Shown: positions 1-11,046 of the stretch, in pieces
Numbering within the stretch: the stretch's first letter is position 1
Layout of the letters: the number at the start of each line of letters is the position of its first letter
DNA from: Candidatus Poribacteria bacterium
GTDB lineage: Bacteria > Poribacteria > WGA-4E > PCPOR2b
Direction: 5' to 3'
DNA length: 64,000 nt
Assembly (NCBI GenBank): GCA_965218095.1
Contig: OZ244587.1
Location: forward strand, 4,096,001-4,160,000
Translations under genes and position numbers: made by a program
Notes under the pieces: generated by a model
What the model was told of the DNA's origin: nothing
What the model saw: only the letters and a program-made list of their open reading frames with translations
Database searches by the model: none

Positions 1-378
1 CGGGTGGGTCGCGTCCACGAAGTCCTGCTACGCACGCGAATCATGAACACCACCGAAGGCGACGGACTGTGTTTTCGACTCAACGGGGTTTCTCTGCCGG
101 AGGAGGAACTACGCAAAATCAACGAGATGTACCGGATGAAGGCGCCGCGCTACCGCACAGGCTCGGGCTACTGGTTCATCTACCGGCTTTCCCGCAACCA
201 CTGGCCCCAACAAGGCCAGAACGTATTCGAAGCCACCCTGCTCTGGCGCGACAAGGATGTAACGCCTCCGGTCTATGTCCGCGATGTCGAGCTAGAGATC
301 AAGTACCTAATGGGCAGGAATTTCCATCGCGGGTCCGTGGATGCAGATCTGGGTCCCTACGCGCATGGTGTGGCATAA
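1..378 (+). CDS. Hypothetical protein, C-terminal part (runs off the window edge)
   Basis: Open frame from the window start to TAA at 376-378; no recognised motif. Confidence 0.6.
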   Translation, partial: RVGRVHEVLLRTRIMNTTEGDGLCFRLNGVSLPEEELRKINEMYRMKAPRYRTGSGYWFIYRLSRNHWPQQGQNVFEATLLWRDKDVTPPVYVRDVELEIKYLMGRNFHRGSVDADLGPYAHGVA

Positions 379-481
379 AACAACGGCGAATTGATTGATT
401 TGACATACTTTCTACAAAGCTGTTTTCCCGGAGCACCTGGCGAGCGTCACAACGTGACACCGTAAAGAGAAAGGGGCATAT

Positions 482-1825
482 ATGCAAACAGAAGAAAAAC
501 ATGGGATTCGCGAAGCACCGAAAGGCCTGGGAGGGCTGCTGCGAAATATTGGTCCGGGCGTTGTGCTTTCGGGCTCAGTGGTGGGGTCCGGTGAACTCCT
601 TGTGACCACACGCATGGGGGCCGAAGTGGGAATTGTGTTTCTTTGGGGTGCCATCGTTGCTTGCCTAGTGAAATTCTTCATCCAATTAGAATTGGGACGC
701 CAGTGTATCCTGCACAACAATACAAGCATACAGGTACTGAACCGGGTGGCTGGGCCACAGTTGAGGAATGCTTCCTGGGTCTCCTGGGTGTGCATGGTCG
801 GGTATTTCTTGGTCATGATCGCTTTGATCGGTATCCTGGTCTCAGTCGCTGGCCTGATGGTCACCCTGTTTCCCGGAATCCCCTACAGCGTTTGGGCGGT
901 CGCGATCTTTTTAGCGATGTCAGTCCTGCTTTACCGTGGCCTATATAATGACCTTGAGAAAATGGTGTCATTCCTGGTTGCCAGCTTCAGCTTGATCGTG
1001 ATTGGCTCAGTGCTGCTCCTGCAAGGAACGCCTTATGCGTTCAGCGGCAAGGATTTGTTGTCCGGGTTCCGTTTTACCATGCCTCCGGAGGGCGCATTCG
1101 TGGCGCTGGCGGTGATGGGGTCGGTGGGAGCAACAGCAGTGGAGTTATTCATGTATCCCTACTGGATAAGGGAGAAGGGGTACCCAGATTTTGTGGGCCC
1201 GCAGCAGGACACCCCGGAATGGCGCCAGCGCTACCGGGGCTGGATGCGAGTCCTCTTCACAGATACGCTGGTGTGTACACTGATTGCCACAGTCATCACC
1301 TGCGCCTACTATTTGCTGGGGGCTTCGATTCTTAAGCAACTCAGTGTGCTGCCCCAGGGCATGAAGGTGGTCGAACAGGTGTCGCTGATCTTCACCGAAA
1401 CCATCGGTGGGTGGGCCTACTACCTCTTCATGTTTGGTGGTTTCTGCACGTTGTTTTCTACCCTTCTGGTCTTTACTGCCAGTGCCGGGCGCATCAGCGT
1501 GGATTTTCTCCATCAGGTGGGCATGTCTTCCCTTAACCGGGAGGAAGCCCGACGGCGTCTGGTGCGCATCCTGCAGATTGCCTTCCCCTTCTTCTGGCTC
1601 TGTGTCACCCTCACAAAATCCGACACCCCCCTTGCTTTTGTGCTTGTCGGGGCGAATGCCAACAACTTACTGCTCATTCCCATGGCCTATGGCATCGTGC
1701 ATCTGGCAATGCGGGCAGCGGATCGGGAGCGCATGCCGCTGTGGATCGAGATTGGGCTGCTACTTACCGTTTGGGTGATTATCAATTTCACAGCGATCAA
1801 TCTCTATCTGCGCTGGACTCACTGA
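482..1825 (+). CDS. NRAMP-like divalent metal/solute transporter
   Basis: 447 aa polytopic membrane protein; GPGVV..GSGEL motif; YPYW; AAAGGGG RBS. Confidence 0.8.
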   Translation: MQTEEKHGIREAPKGLGGLLRNIGPGVVLSGSVVGSGELLVTTRMGAEVGIVFLWGAIVACLVKFFIQLELGRQCILHNNTSIQVLNRVAGPQLRNASWVSWVCMVGYFLVMIALIGILVSVAGLMVTLFPGIPYSVWAVAIFLAMSVLLYRGLYNDLEKMVSFLVASFSLIVIGSVLLLQGTPYAFSGKDLLSGFRFTMPPEGAFVALAVMGSVGATAVELFMYPYWIREKGYPDFVGPQQDTPEWRQRYRGWMRVLFTDTLVCTLIATVITCAYYLLGASILKQLSVLPQGMKVVEQVSLIFTETIGGWAYYLFMFGGFCTLFSTLLVFTASAGRISVDFLHQVGMSSLNREEARRRLVRILQIAFPFFWLCVTLTKSDTPLAFVLVGANANNLLLIPMAYGIVHLAMRAADRERMPLWIEIGLLLTVWVIINFTAINLYLRWTH

Positions 1826-2213
1826 GCGTCATAGGGCGAGTGTCGTTTTCAGCTTTCTCTTTTACAACTTCGTTTTTCTTAAACGTCAGAAGAAAATGAT
1901 ATATTGACTGAGCTATTATCCAATCAACATGCCTCATTTTGCTACAAGAATTCACTTTTCCTCTCCTCTAGGCATCAACAGATGGAGTTTCCCTCAAAAA
2001 GTGTCAGGTTATACTCAACACCGCGTCAAATTGCGCTTTTGGAGGCTTCCGTCATCCTGAACGCACTGAAGGATCTCTTGCGCTGAGATTCTTCGTAAAT
2101 CCTCTCCGGGAGTTAGCTGATTCTCCCCACGACATTGGGGGGCCGGAGAGGCAAGTCAAAATATAGGGCACCCAGCATTCTGGGGCTGGCTTCGCCTGGA
2201 AAGGAGATTCCTC

Positions 2214-3251
2214 ATGAGTTCAATCAACAGTGTGGAGCGGTTCAAGCAGCGCATGCACGAGGGTACGAAGCCCAAAATCCTGGCCACTGCTCCCGTTGAC
2301 CCAATCATCCACGAGGAGTTGGGCAGGCTTTATCCGATACAGACCGCGGAAAATGACCATCACAAAATCCTGCTCGCCCTGATGCCGGGAAGCATTTGTT
2401 TAATCAGTCGAGGCCTGGCTCCCATTGACAGTGAGATTATGGATGCCAGCCACGATCTGCTCGTGATCAGTCGCATGGGCGCTGGCTATGAAAACGTGGA
2501 CATCTCTGCCGCCACGGACCGCGGCATCCCCGTGGTCTATGCGCCGCTGCTCGGCGAGGCGGTGGCGGAGGCTGTCTTCGCAATGATCTTGGCACTGACC
2601 AAGCGGTTGTTTTACTGGCACGAATCGTTGATAAGCGGCCATTGGGCTCGGCGGATGGCCGAGCGTACCGAAGATCTGTACGGAAAAACCCTCGGCATTG
2701 TCGGGCTTGGCAGAATCGGCCGCGAGGTCGCGGTGCGAGCCAAAGCCTTCGGTATGCGAATCGTGGCCCATGATCCGTACGTTCGCCAGGATCAGGGGCG
2801 CGAACTACAGGTAGAATTGATATCTCTTGACGATCTGCTGGAAAGCTCGGACATCGTCACGCTGCACGCGCTAGTCACGCCCGAGACAACAGCGATGATC
2901 AACCGCTCGAACCTACCCAGGGTCAAGCGCGGCGCTTATCTGGTCAACTTCGCGCGAGGCGCTTTGATTGAGAACCTGGACATTTTGTACGAGGCCTTGG
3001 AAGACGAGCGCCTTGCCGGAGTGGGGCTCGACGTGTTTCCGGACGAACCGCCTACTAATCTCGACCATCCGCTGTTTTCGCATCCGAATTTCATCGGCTC
3101 ACCGCATGTGCTGGCATCCACCGCCGGCGCCGAGGCACGCTGTGCTCGATCGGTTTGCAAAGACGTGACGGCTGTGCTGCATGGGCAAAGACCCCAATGG
3201 TGCGTCAACCCCGAGGTGTTTGACTCGCCACAACTGCGTTCTAAACGATAA
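2214..3251 (+). CDS. D-isomer-specific 2-hydroxyacid dehydrogenase (SerA-like)
   Basis: GIVGLGRIG Rossmann motif, NFARG, LDVFPDEP, SPH. Confidence 0.9.
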   Translation: MSSINSVERFKQRMHEGTKPKILATAPVDPIIHEELGRLYPIQTAENDHHKILLALMPGSICLISRGLAPIDSEIMDASHDLLVISRMGAGYENVDISAATDRGIPVVYAPLLGEAVAEAVFAMILALTKRLFYWHESLISGHWARRMAERTEDLYGKTLGIVGLGRIGREVAVRAKAFGMRIVAHDPYVRQDQGRELQVELISLDDLLESSDIVTLHALVTPETTAMINRSNLPRVKRGAYLVNFARGALIENLDILYEALEDERLAGVGLDVFPDEPPTNLDHPLFSHPNFIGSPHVLASTAGAEARCARSVCKDVTAVLHGQRPQWCVNPEVFDSPQLRSKR

Positions 3252-3255
3252 AGCC

Positions 3256-4506
3256 ATGTGGGATAAAAACGAATACGAAGTTCCTGAATCAGAGTTTCGT
3301 CAGCGAATCGCGCGCGTTGCTGAATTCGCGGGCAAGCATGACCTGAGCGCCGTTGTCGTCTATTCGGCGCCCAGAATCCACCAATGGACCCAGACCGGAC
3401 ATGTGGGATATCTGACCAATTGGTCCAATCTCGACCGCATCACCGACGCAATGGTGGTTGTGAGCCGCGATGCAGAGCCTATCCTGCTCGTCGCCGGCGT
3501 TGAGTACATGCTGGGCCAGGTCGCCGGTGTCTCGTGGGTCAGCGACGTGCGGTTGGTCAGCTCGCCCGATCCGCGGGCGGTCTCGGGCGCCTTCGATCCC
3601 AGCGTCGGTGGGGGTGAAGCAACCCACGGGGCCAGAACCTTCGGCGGCGAGATTCGTCAGATTCTGCAATCGAAGCGTTGTGCCGACAAATCCATTGGCA
3701 TCGCAGGCCTTGAGGCCATGCCCGCCACCATCCACCGTGACCTCGCATTGTCCCTCGACAGCGGCATTGCCGACGTCCCTGATATCGTTGCCCAACTGCG
3801 CACGATCAAGACGCCGCAGGAAGTTGCGATTCTCAGACAAGTCGCTGCCATCTCTGATCGCTGCTACTAGACCATGATGGAGGTGTTGACGGACGGGATG
3901 TGGGGCTACGAGTTGAGCGCGGAGATGGACCGCACTGCCAAGCACGAAGGCGCCGACCTGGTCTACAACACCATACACAGTGCGCCGGGCGGGGAACTTT
4001 CAAAGGGTAAACTGTCCATCAAGGCCCACGATTGCCGCCTGCATTGCGGTGACTACATCAACGTCAACGCATATCTGGTTTACAAGGGGTATTGGATTCA
4101 ATCAGACCGAGACCGGGCTGGAACCATCGGCCAAACGCTCTCTTCAACAGCCGCTAGTGCCGTTGAAGCCAACCTGCGCGCCCAAGATGAGGTTCTGGCT
4201 GCGATTCGACCGGGATTGTCCATTGGTGATTTAATCCGTATCGGGGATGAGGTGGTCGAGCAACTTAGGTACAGGATTCAAGGTGAACGTATCGGACACG
4301 GCCAGGGATTGGATTATTCCGAACAACCCTTCCTCATCGCAGGCAGTCACGAAACCCTCAAACCGGGACATGTGTTTGTCCTGCACGTCTGCTTGGAGAT
4401 ACCCGGCACAAACATTTTGATCAATCCCATCGCCGACCTGTGCCACGTGACGTCCGACAGCGTCGAAGTCCTCAACCGATTTCCTCGTGGGCTGTTTTAC
4501 AGGTAG
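3256..4506 (+). pseudogene. M24 (Xaa-Pro peptidase/creatinase) family gene split by an in-frame TAG
   Basis: ORFs 3181-3870 and 3874-4506 share one frame; creatinase N-domain, RTIKTPQEV, GHGQGLDYSEQP; TAG at 3868-3870. Confidence 0.8.
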
Positions 4507-4576
4507 GGGCATTCGGTATTATTCCTGCTGAACCTGGCAAGATGATAGGAAATACTAACTGGGAGGAGCGATCACT

Positions 4577-5788
4577 ATGAGAATAACAGATGTCAAGATA
4601 TATGTGGTGGCGAATCCGCCTCCTCATCGTGGAGGTCCATATTTTGTTTTCTTGAAACTGACCACGGATGACAAGATTGAAGGCTTCGGCGAAGTCTACG
4701 GAGTGCCGTTTCACCCGAACAAGGTAGCACAGCTAATTGAAGACGTTGGGGAGCGGTATATTATTGGCTGGGACCCGTTCAAGATTGAACAGCTATGGCG
4801 GATAATCTACTCGAGTGGATATACTCAGCATCCTGATCTGACGTTGGTGGGGGTACTGAGTGGCATTGAGATTGCCTGCTGGGACATTATTGGTAAGGCC
4901 CTCAACCAGCCCCCCTGCTCGGCGGCCAAGTTCACGAAAAACTCCGTTCTTACACCTAACCTATACCCGGCGCCCGATGATTTGGCGCCAAAGAACGAAA
5001 CGCAAGATGCTATGGCAATAGCCAACGTTTTTGGTGACCCAGAGCTCGCACCGAAGAGAGCAGTCCATTACGTTGAGCAGGGTTTCACGGCCCTGAAATT
5101 TGACCCCGTTATGCCAATATCTGCCTTTGACCCCAGGCAGCTTTCCCTGGAAGCACTTGATAATGCCGAGCTCGTCATTAAGAACATACGGCAAGCTGTC
5201 GGTAGCAAGTGTGACTTACTTGTAGGAACGCATGGCCAGATGACGACTTCTAGTGCTATCCGTCTCGCCAAGAGGTTAGAGCCATTTGACCCGCTGTGGT
5301 TTGAGGAGCCAGTGCCGCCGGAGAATAAGGAAGAGATGGCCCGGGTTGCCCAATCTACCAGCATTCCGGTTGCCTCCGGTGAGTGTCTAACTACAAAGTA
5401 TGAGTTTGTTGAGTTACTTGAGAATCAAGCGGCTGCTATTCTTCAGCCGGCACTTGGACGAGTTGGGGGGATATTGGAGGCCAAGAAGATTGCCGGTATG
5501 GCGGAGGCGCACTACGCTGAGGTTGCCCCGCATCTTTACTGTGGGCCGATAGAAGCAGCCGCCAATATACAGCTTGCTACCTGTAGCCCCAATTTCTTAA
5601 TCCAGGAAAGTATTGAGACATTTGGCGGTTTCCACGCTGAGATACTCAAAAAGCCAATTAGATGGGAGGACGGTTACATCATACCTCCCAGCAAACCAGG
5701 CCTGGGCATCGAGTTGAACGAGGCAGTAGCGGCCCAAAATCCCTATACCGGGACAATATTTCCAGAGATGGTGGACAGACCAATCTAA
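4577..5788 (+). CDS. Mandelate racemase/muconate lactonizing enzyme family protein (galactonate dehydratase-like)
   Basis: EIACWDIIGK, KFDP, WFEEP, ASGE, APHLYCGP; carries a compensated frameshift at about 4913-4960. Confidence 0.88.
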   Translation: MRITDVKIYVVANPPPHRGGPYFVFLKLTTDDKIEGFGEVYGVPFHPNKVAQLIEDVGERYIIGWDPFKIEQLWRIIYSSGYTQHPDLTLVGVLSGIEIACWDIIGKALNQPPCSAAKFTKNSVLTPNLYPAPDDLAPKNETQDAMAIANVFGDPELAPKRAVHYVEQGFTALKFDPVMPISAFDPRQLSLEALDNAELVIKNIRQAVGSKCDLLVGTHGQMTTSSAIRLAKRLEPFDPLWFEEPVPPENKEEMARVAQSTSIPVASGECLTTKYEFVELLENQAAAILQPALGRVGGILEAKKIAGMAEAHYAEVAPHLYCGPIEAAANIQLATCSPNFLIQESIETFGGFHAEILKKPIRWEDGYIIPPSKPGLGIELNEAVAAQNPYTGTIFPEMVDRPI

Positions 5789-6002
5789 ATAGTTCCACTG
5801 ATGTTTTTTACATTTTGCAGCAGTTGTGGCGGTTTTGGTCCGACAGAATCGGACGAGCACGGTTGATTGAAATTAACAATCGCCGACAAATAGTGTGGTG
5901 GCTCAATTCAGTCGTCGGATTCAATCGCACTTCCTCGCCCCCTCGTGCCACTAGCATTTGTCACAGACCTAACTCTGCGTGCTTTATATGCACCACACTT
6001 GC

Positions 6003-6750
6003 TCAGGCAGACCGCGACCGGAACTCGGCGATGAAAGCGTCGCGGGCTGCTTCAGGCCCGCCCTCTACGATGCCGACGCGACCATGACGCACCACGCGCT
6101 CCCCGGCGCCAATATCCCCGAAGTAGGGATTGGCGTGAATACACCCATAGGCCGGAGTCACGTTGCTCTGGAGAAACTGCACGTCCTCCCAAGCTGTCCA
6201 GACTGTCCGGGACCCATCCACCCTCGTCACGCATACGAACCCATCGTCGGGATGCTCGACCGTGTGGCACCACTTGGCACCGGGGCAGGTGGGGTCGCCG
6301 TGAAGCACCTGGGGGATATGACTGTCAATAATGGCAAACAGGTACTGCGGTTTGCCTCCAATCGTGCCCATCTCCGCCAGTGAAACCAACTCGCGGTTCA
6401 CCACACACCGGGTGCGCTCCCTGGCCAGATCAAGGTACGAAGCGGCCAGGGTCAACTGCATGCACGCTGCGGCATGGACCCGCCGCCAAGCTTGCTCTGT
6501 GAGGTTGCCGATGGCTAACTCCAACCTGTAGCCGGTGTCCTCGCCCCGGATGCTCGCAGCCAGACTGAGCCGTCCGGGTATCTCCAGATCGTAGCGGACT
6601 TCCGACTCTCCATCGGGAACCCAGACCACGGGATGGGCAGGCTCATTGGTGAACCGGGGACGTTCGCCCGTGGCCCCGATCTCGACCAGTTCGGGGAGCC
6701 AGAGGTTCGCGCGGTCCCTCCCCTGCGGGTTTAAATGCAGTGAGTTCTCA
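6003..6750 (-). pseudogene. Hypothetical gene, probably 5'-truncated
   Basis: High-GC frame stays open about 40 codons upstream of the GTG at 6629 with no start codon or RBS, then meets AT-rich DNA. Confidence 0.45.
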
Positions 6751-6857
6751 ATCTGACGTGGTAGAAGCGGCTATGTTTGTAAACTCTTATTTATCGGACG
6801 TTTTCAACGCCGCCATTTAGAATAGCACCCATACCTGAGTGTTTTAGCCCCTGAATC

Positions 6858-7200
6858 CTACTCGAGTCTTATTGTTATACTGCGATGTTCAATTATTTTA
6901 AGGTCTGAATTGGAAGCCAAACAAGGCCCCATTATTTCAAGTGTAAGTATTTGCCCTTGTAACGTCCATTCGGATACACCATCTACGGTAAGCCCCTTTG
7001 GTCTTTCATCAAAGAAAACCTTAATCGCATCAATATTAAACACGCCATCCTCTAGTTGGGTGAAAACGCTCTCACTCTTGATAATAGCTGCGCCCTTCAT
7101 AATAGCTGGTCCATCGCTATCATCCATGCCACATCCCCCCATGGCGACCACGAGAAGCAAACTCACCAGTAATAGAATAGTCTTTGTTTTTTTTACACTT
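6858..7200 (-). pseudogene. Lipoprotein remnant
   Basis: KKTKTILLLVSLLLVVAMGGC signal peptide/lipobox; the RBS-proximal GTG is out of frame. Confidence 0.4.
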
Positions 7201-7547
7201 TCTCCCCCCTCTCACTTTCTCACCTGCTGCTTACCTCTAACCTTACCTCAGACAACTGATGTCCGATAACTCTGGTTAACAGTCGCTTGCTTTCCGTGCT
7301 GAGATTTTCAATAGATCGCATAACCTTTGCGTGTGTTATAATAAACGGATCCAGTCGATGCGTTGCCTGTGACTTTCAGGGTTTCTCCTGGGTCTGGCCT
7401 TCTTTCTATTGATGATAGCCAAAAGACGACTTTTTACACACAATTCTATTTAGGCAACATGCTAAACGCGAAGGAGGTCATTTCACGAATGTTTCCTATA
7501 CTATACCTAATTTCGACTTCGATTCACCACATAAAAATTAAATTTTC

Positions 7548-7739
7548 AGTATTGAAACCGTTGAACAAATCATATCAAGAGTCCGGGAAGCATTGAACTT
7601 TCTGCCGCCAGAAGGGATTTTTCTCAATCCTGACTGTGGGTTTGGCACGTTCGCCAGCCGACCGATGAATAAGACGGAGATTGCCACGCAGAAACTCGGG
7701 GTGATTGCTGAAGCCGCAGCAACATTACGGAAAAGATGA
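7548..7739 (+). pseudogene. C-terminal fragment of cobalamin-independent methionine synthase family
   Basis: Manual translation IETVEQIISRVREAL..IFLNPDCGFGTF..KLGVIAEAA; no start codon; absent from ORF track. Confidence 0.75.
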
Positions 7740-8366
7740 CCCACTTATTGTGTTTTTTTGGCGATGTTACAGAATTGGTCACTGTAGCCGTGAGTCAATT
7801 CACCCTACAACCGTACAGTTCCCAACATGCACCCATGGACCGATAGCTACACCATAAGGCATTACTACCAAAGGCATTACTGCCACACCTGACGAGTTCT
7901 TCCCTCCGATGTCTCACATGACGACTGACCATAACGTAGAGATGGGGTGAGCGCTCGGTTTCCTGCGCGGATTGCCGGGATACGAATTCGAACCAGAGAC
8001 CATGTTCTTCGACGCGGTTGAAGCGTTTGCGCCCAAATCTCCTGACAACGCCGCCCGTTTGAATTCTCTTTCATCCACCCTGGAATTCCGGAAGAACGAG
8101 ACCATTCTCACTGACCTCATTGAAGTCGCTGAATACCAACTTTACCTCAGAAGTGACAGAGTGGCTGAGAATCATGTCGTCTTGAGATTGGTAGAATTAA
8201 ATGATACTGCGTGCCCACGTTGATAAAGGCGTTAGGCCGAAAGAAAACGCGCTGTCCTATGATGCCGATTGCACAGACAGAAAGTCCTTTCGGGTCATGC
8301 ACGGTTTGGATTGGGTTAATTCTTGTGCCATTTTTTAGTCGATCCTTCTCCGATCATTAAAAAGCG

Positions 8367-8395
8367 TTGACAGTTGAAAGTCAGCAGACTATACT
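8367..8395 (+). promoter_or_regulatory. Sigma70 promoter, probably giving a leaderless mRNA
   Basis: TTGACA-17 bp-TATACT; ATG 6 nt after the -10 box. Confidence 0.75.
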
Positions 8396-8401
8396 GGTGA
8401 T

Positions 8402-8620
8402 ATGAAAATCAAAACATCGTTTACATTATCCAAAGATTTGATCGAAGAAATAGACAAACTTCTGGGTCGAAAAGGAAATCGGTCGACGCTTGTGGAGCAG
8501 GCTTTGCGTAACTACTTGGCGGCTCAAAAGGGACAAAACGCCGACCCCAACACGCTCAATAAAGCAGATGATAATGTCAACGCACAACCGATTGAGCGTG
8601 TTGTACAAGAAGTCGTTTAA
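8402..8620 (+). CDS. Ribbon-helix-helix (CopG-like) protein
   Basis: KTSFTLSKDLIEEID..NRSTLVEQALRNYL pattern. Confidence 0.75.
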   Translation: MKIKTSFTLSKDLIEEIDKLLGRKGNRSTLVEQALRNYLAAQKGQNADPNTLNKADDNVNAQPIERVVQEVV

Positions 8621-8862
8621 TCCCATTTTGAAATTGAGCCGGAGATTGATGAAATCGTCTGGTTCAAAAGCAGATCTAATCGAGAAATCCGCTTGCTTGA
8701 AATTAACCAGGACACCTTTCCAACCGGAAATGTTTTGGTTTTTCCCTTTGCTCCTTCTCCTCCAGAAGTTCCTCTTCCCGTTTTTTCTCTAATCCGCAAT
8801 TCCAAATGTGATGTTTTTCAGTCTTCAATATACAATTTTCAATCCTGACAAGGAGAACTTTT

Positions 8863-9912
8863 ATGGCATTATTCAAAGCAGGCATCATCGGTTGTGGTGG
8901 ACGCGGACGCGGTCACGCGGAAGGTTATCAGGCATCGCCCGACGTAGAAATTGTCGCTTGCGCCGATCCAGTTGATGAGGTTCGACAGAAGTTCGCGGCG
9001 CAATTTGAAGTCCCAAAAACTTACGCAGACTATAATGAGATGCTGGACAAGGAAAACCTCGACTTTGTCAGCGTCTGCACATGGATTGGCTTGCACAAGG
9101 AGATGGTGGTCGCGGCGGCGAACAGTGGAATCAAGGGCATCCACTGCGAAAAACCGATGGCGCCGACGTGGAGTGATTCCGAAGCACTCTATCAAGCCTG
9201 CGTGGATAACGACGTGATGATTACCTTCTGCCATCAGCGTCGCTTTGGTGCATCATTTATCAAGGCGAAGGAATTGGCGAACGACGGCACAATCGGCCAG
9301 CTTTACCGCGTTGAAGGGGCATGTGCAAATCTACTTGATTGGGGTACGCACTGGTTTGATATGTTCTTCTTCTACAACAACGATGAGCCAGCGGAGTGGG
9401 TCATGGGTCAAATCGATGTGTTCGAAGAGCATTTCGTTTTTGGCGTACCCGTGGAAACCAGCGGCATTTCATGGATTCGCTACAAAAATGGGGTGGAAGG
9501 TTTGCTGACTACCGGCGGCGCGTCGATGCAAGGTGGACATAATCGTCTCATTGGGACGAATGGCATCATCGAACTTGATGGTAAGGATAAGCTGCCGCTG
9601 CGCGTTCTCCGAAGCGGCTCCGATCAGTGGGAGGCGCCCAATCTCAGTGGGATTGTCCCACCCGGTGGGGATACCGTGCTCTCTGTGCTTGACTTGATCG
9701 ATTGCGTCAAAACGGGACGTGAGCCGGAGCTCAGCGGACGGAAGGCGCTTCAAACAACCGAGCTCATCTTCGCAACCTACGAGTCGAGCCGCCGCCGTGC
9801 GAAGATCGCCTTGCCGCTTGATATCGATGACTCTACGTTGCTGACGATGCTGGATCAGGGGATAATTGGGCAGGCAAAAACCCATGAACACACAATCCCA
9901 CGCAATCATTAA
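8863..9912 (+). CDS. Gfo/Idh/MocA oxidoreductase
   Basis: GIIGCGGRG, CEKPMA, DWGTHWFD; AAGGAG RBS. Confidence 0.92.
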   Translation: MALFKAGIIGCGGRGRGHAEGYQASPDVEIVACADPVDEVRQKFAAQFEVPKTYADYNEMLDKENLDFVSVCTWIGLHKEMVVAAANSGIKGIHCEKPMAPTWSDSEALYQACVDNDVMITFCHQRRFGASFIKAKELANDGTIGQLYRVEGACANLLDWGTHWFDMFFFYNNDEPAEWVMGQIDVFEEHFVFGVPVETSGISWIRYKNGVEGLLTTGGASMQGGHNRLIGTNGIIELDGKDKLPLRVLRSGSDQWEAPNLSGIVPPGGDTVLSVLDLIDCVKTGREPELSGRKALQTTELIFATYESSRRRAKIALPLDIDDSTLLTMLDQGIIGQAKTHEHTIPRNH

Positions 9913-10453
9913 CGCTGCCTTGCTGAGTCGGAAGGCAAAACCGCACCTCCACCGCTATGCGTTTATAGGTGCGGTTTTGCCAGACCTGCCGATGTTCGTC
10001 TTTTTTGCTATCGAGACATTTATCCTCAACCACCTGCAAAGTCAGATTTGGGGAGAACGATATTTCCTGCCGCAATGGCAAAACGTCTTTGACCTCTTTA
10101 ACTCCATTCCGCTTTTTCTCATCCTTTTGGGAATTGGTTACTGGCGCAAGTCCGACGCGGTTATTGTTTGCGGCTTGAGCATGTTGCTACATGCCGCCGG
10201 CGATTTTTTCCTCCACCATGACGATGCCCATCGATACTTCTTCCCGTTCCTGCAGTTTTCCTTTCACAGCCCAATTTCTTACTGGGACCCCAAACATTAC
10301 GGCCGGATCATTTCAATCATCGAAATACTAGTCACGATTGGGGCTTCGGTCTACCTATTTCTCCGCCTGCAATCCCGGCTCATGCAAGTTACTTTAGTCA
10401 TTATCAATCTCATTTCGGTGCTCGTCTATATCGGGTTTGCAATTTTCGCTTGA
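9884..10453 (+). CDS. Membrane metal-dependent hydrolase (YdjM-like)
   Basis: MNTQSH, GAVLPDLP, LHAAGD..HHDDAH, SYWDP. Confidence 0.7.
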   Translation: MNTQSHAIINAALLSRKAKPHLHRYAFIGAVLPDLPMFVFFAIETFILNHLQSQIWGERYFLPQWQNVFDLFNSIPLFLILLGIGYWRKSDAVIVCGLSMLLHAAGDFFLHHDDAHRYFFPFLQFSFHSPISYWDPKHYGRIISIIEILVTIGASVYLFLRLQSRLMQVTLVIINLISVLVYIGFAIFA

Positions 10454-10550
10454 AGCCAAAGAAGATCGGGAAAAAGGAGAACAAAGAGACAAGGAGTTCA
10501 CGCAATACACGTCACGTTTCACGTTTTACGTTTCACGCATGACGTTCCAG

Positions 10551-10579
10551 TTGACGGAGGCGGAGGGATATGGTATCAT
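10551..10579 (+). promoter_or_regulatory. rnpB promoter
   Basis: TTGACG-17 bp-TATCAT with extended TG, just upstream of the RNA. Confidence 0.75.
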
Positions 10580-10589
10580 ACGCAGACAC

Positions 10590-10960
10590 TTGAGTTGCGT
10601 AGATGATCGCGTTCCGAGAGATCGGGATGAGGAAAGTCCGGACTCCGCAGGGTAGGATGCTGGGTAACACCCAGGAGCGGTAACGCTATGGAAAGTGCAA
10701 CAGAAAGCAGACTACAACGCGCTTTGCGTTGTACAGGTGAAACGGTGCGGTAAAAGCGCACCAGTCCCGATGGTGACATCGGGAGCTCGGTAAACCCCAT
10801 CTGGAGCAAGGCCAAATAGGAGGACGTATGCAGGTGCGCCCGCCTGGTCCTCGGGTAAGGCTGCTTGAGATTGGTGGTAACATCAATCCTAGATGAATGA
10901 TCATCGCCCCAATGCGCGAAAGCAATTTGGGGAACAGAAACCGGCTTATTCCCAACTCAA
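10590..10960 (+). ncRNA. rnpB: RNase P RNA, type A
   Basis: GAGGAAAGTCC, GAAAGTGCAACAGAAA, GGTAAACCCC..GAGCAAG, ACAGAAACCGGCTTA; terminal TTGAGTTG/CAACTCAA P1 helix. Confidence 0.97.
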
Positions 10961-11046
10961 GCGTCTTTTGCGGATTAACAAATGGGCAAATCACGCAATC
11001 TTCAATCTTTGGCTCATTAGACATACCGAAATGACCGAAAAATCCA

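Noticed and set aside
7860-8223. Short ORF pieces that may be a gene remnant
   Set aside because: No recognisable motif or start signal
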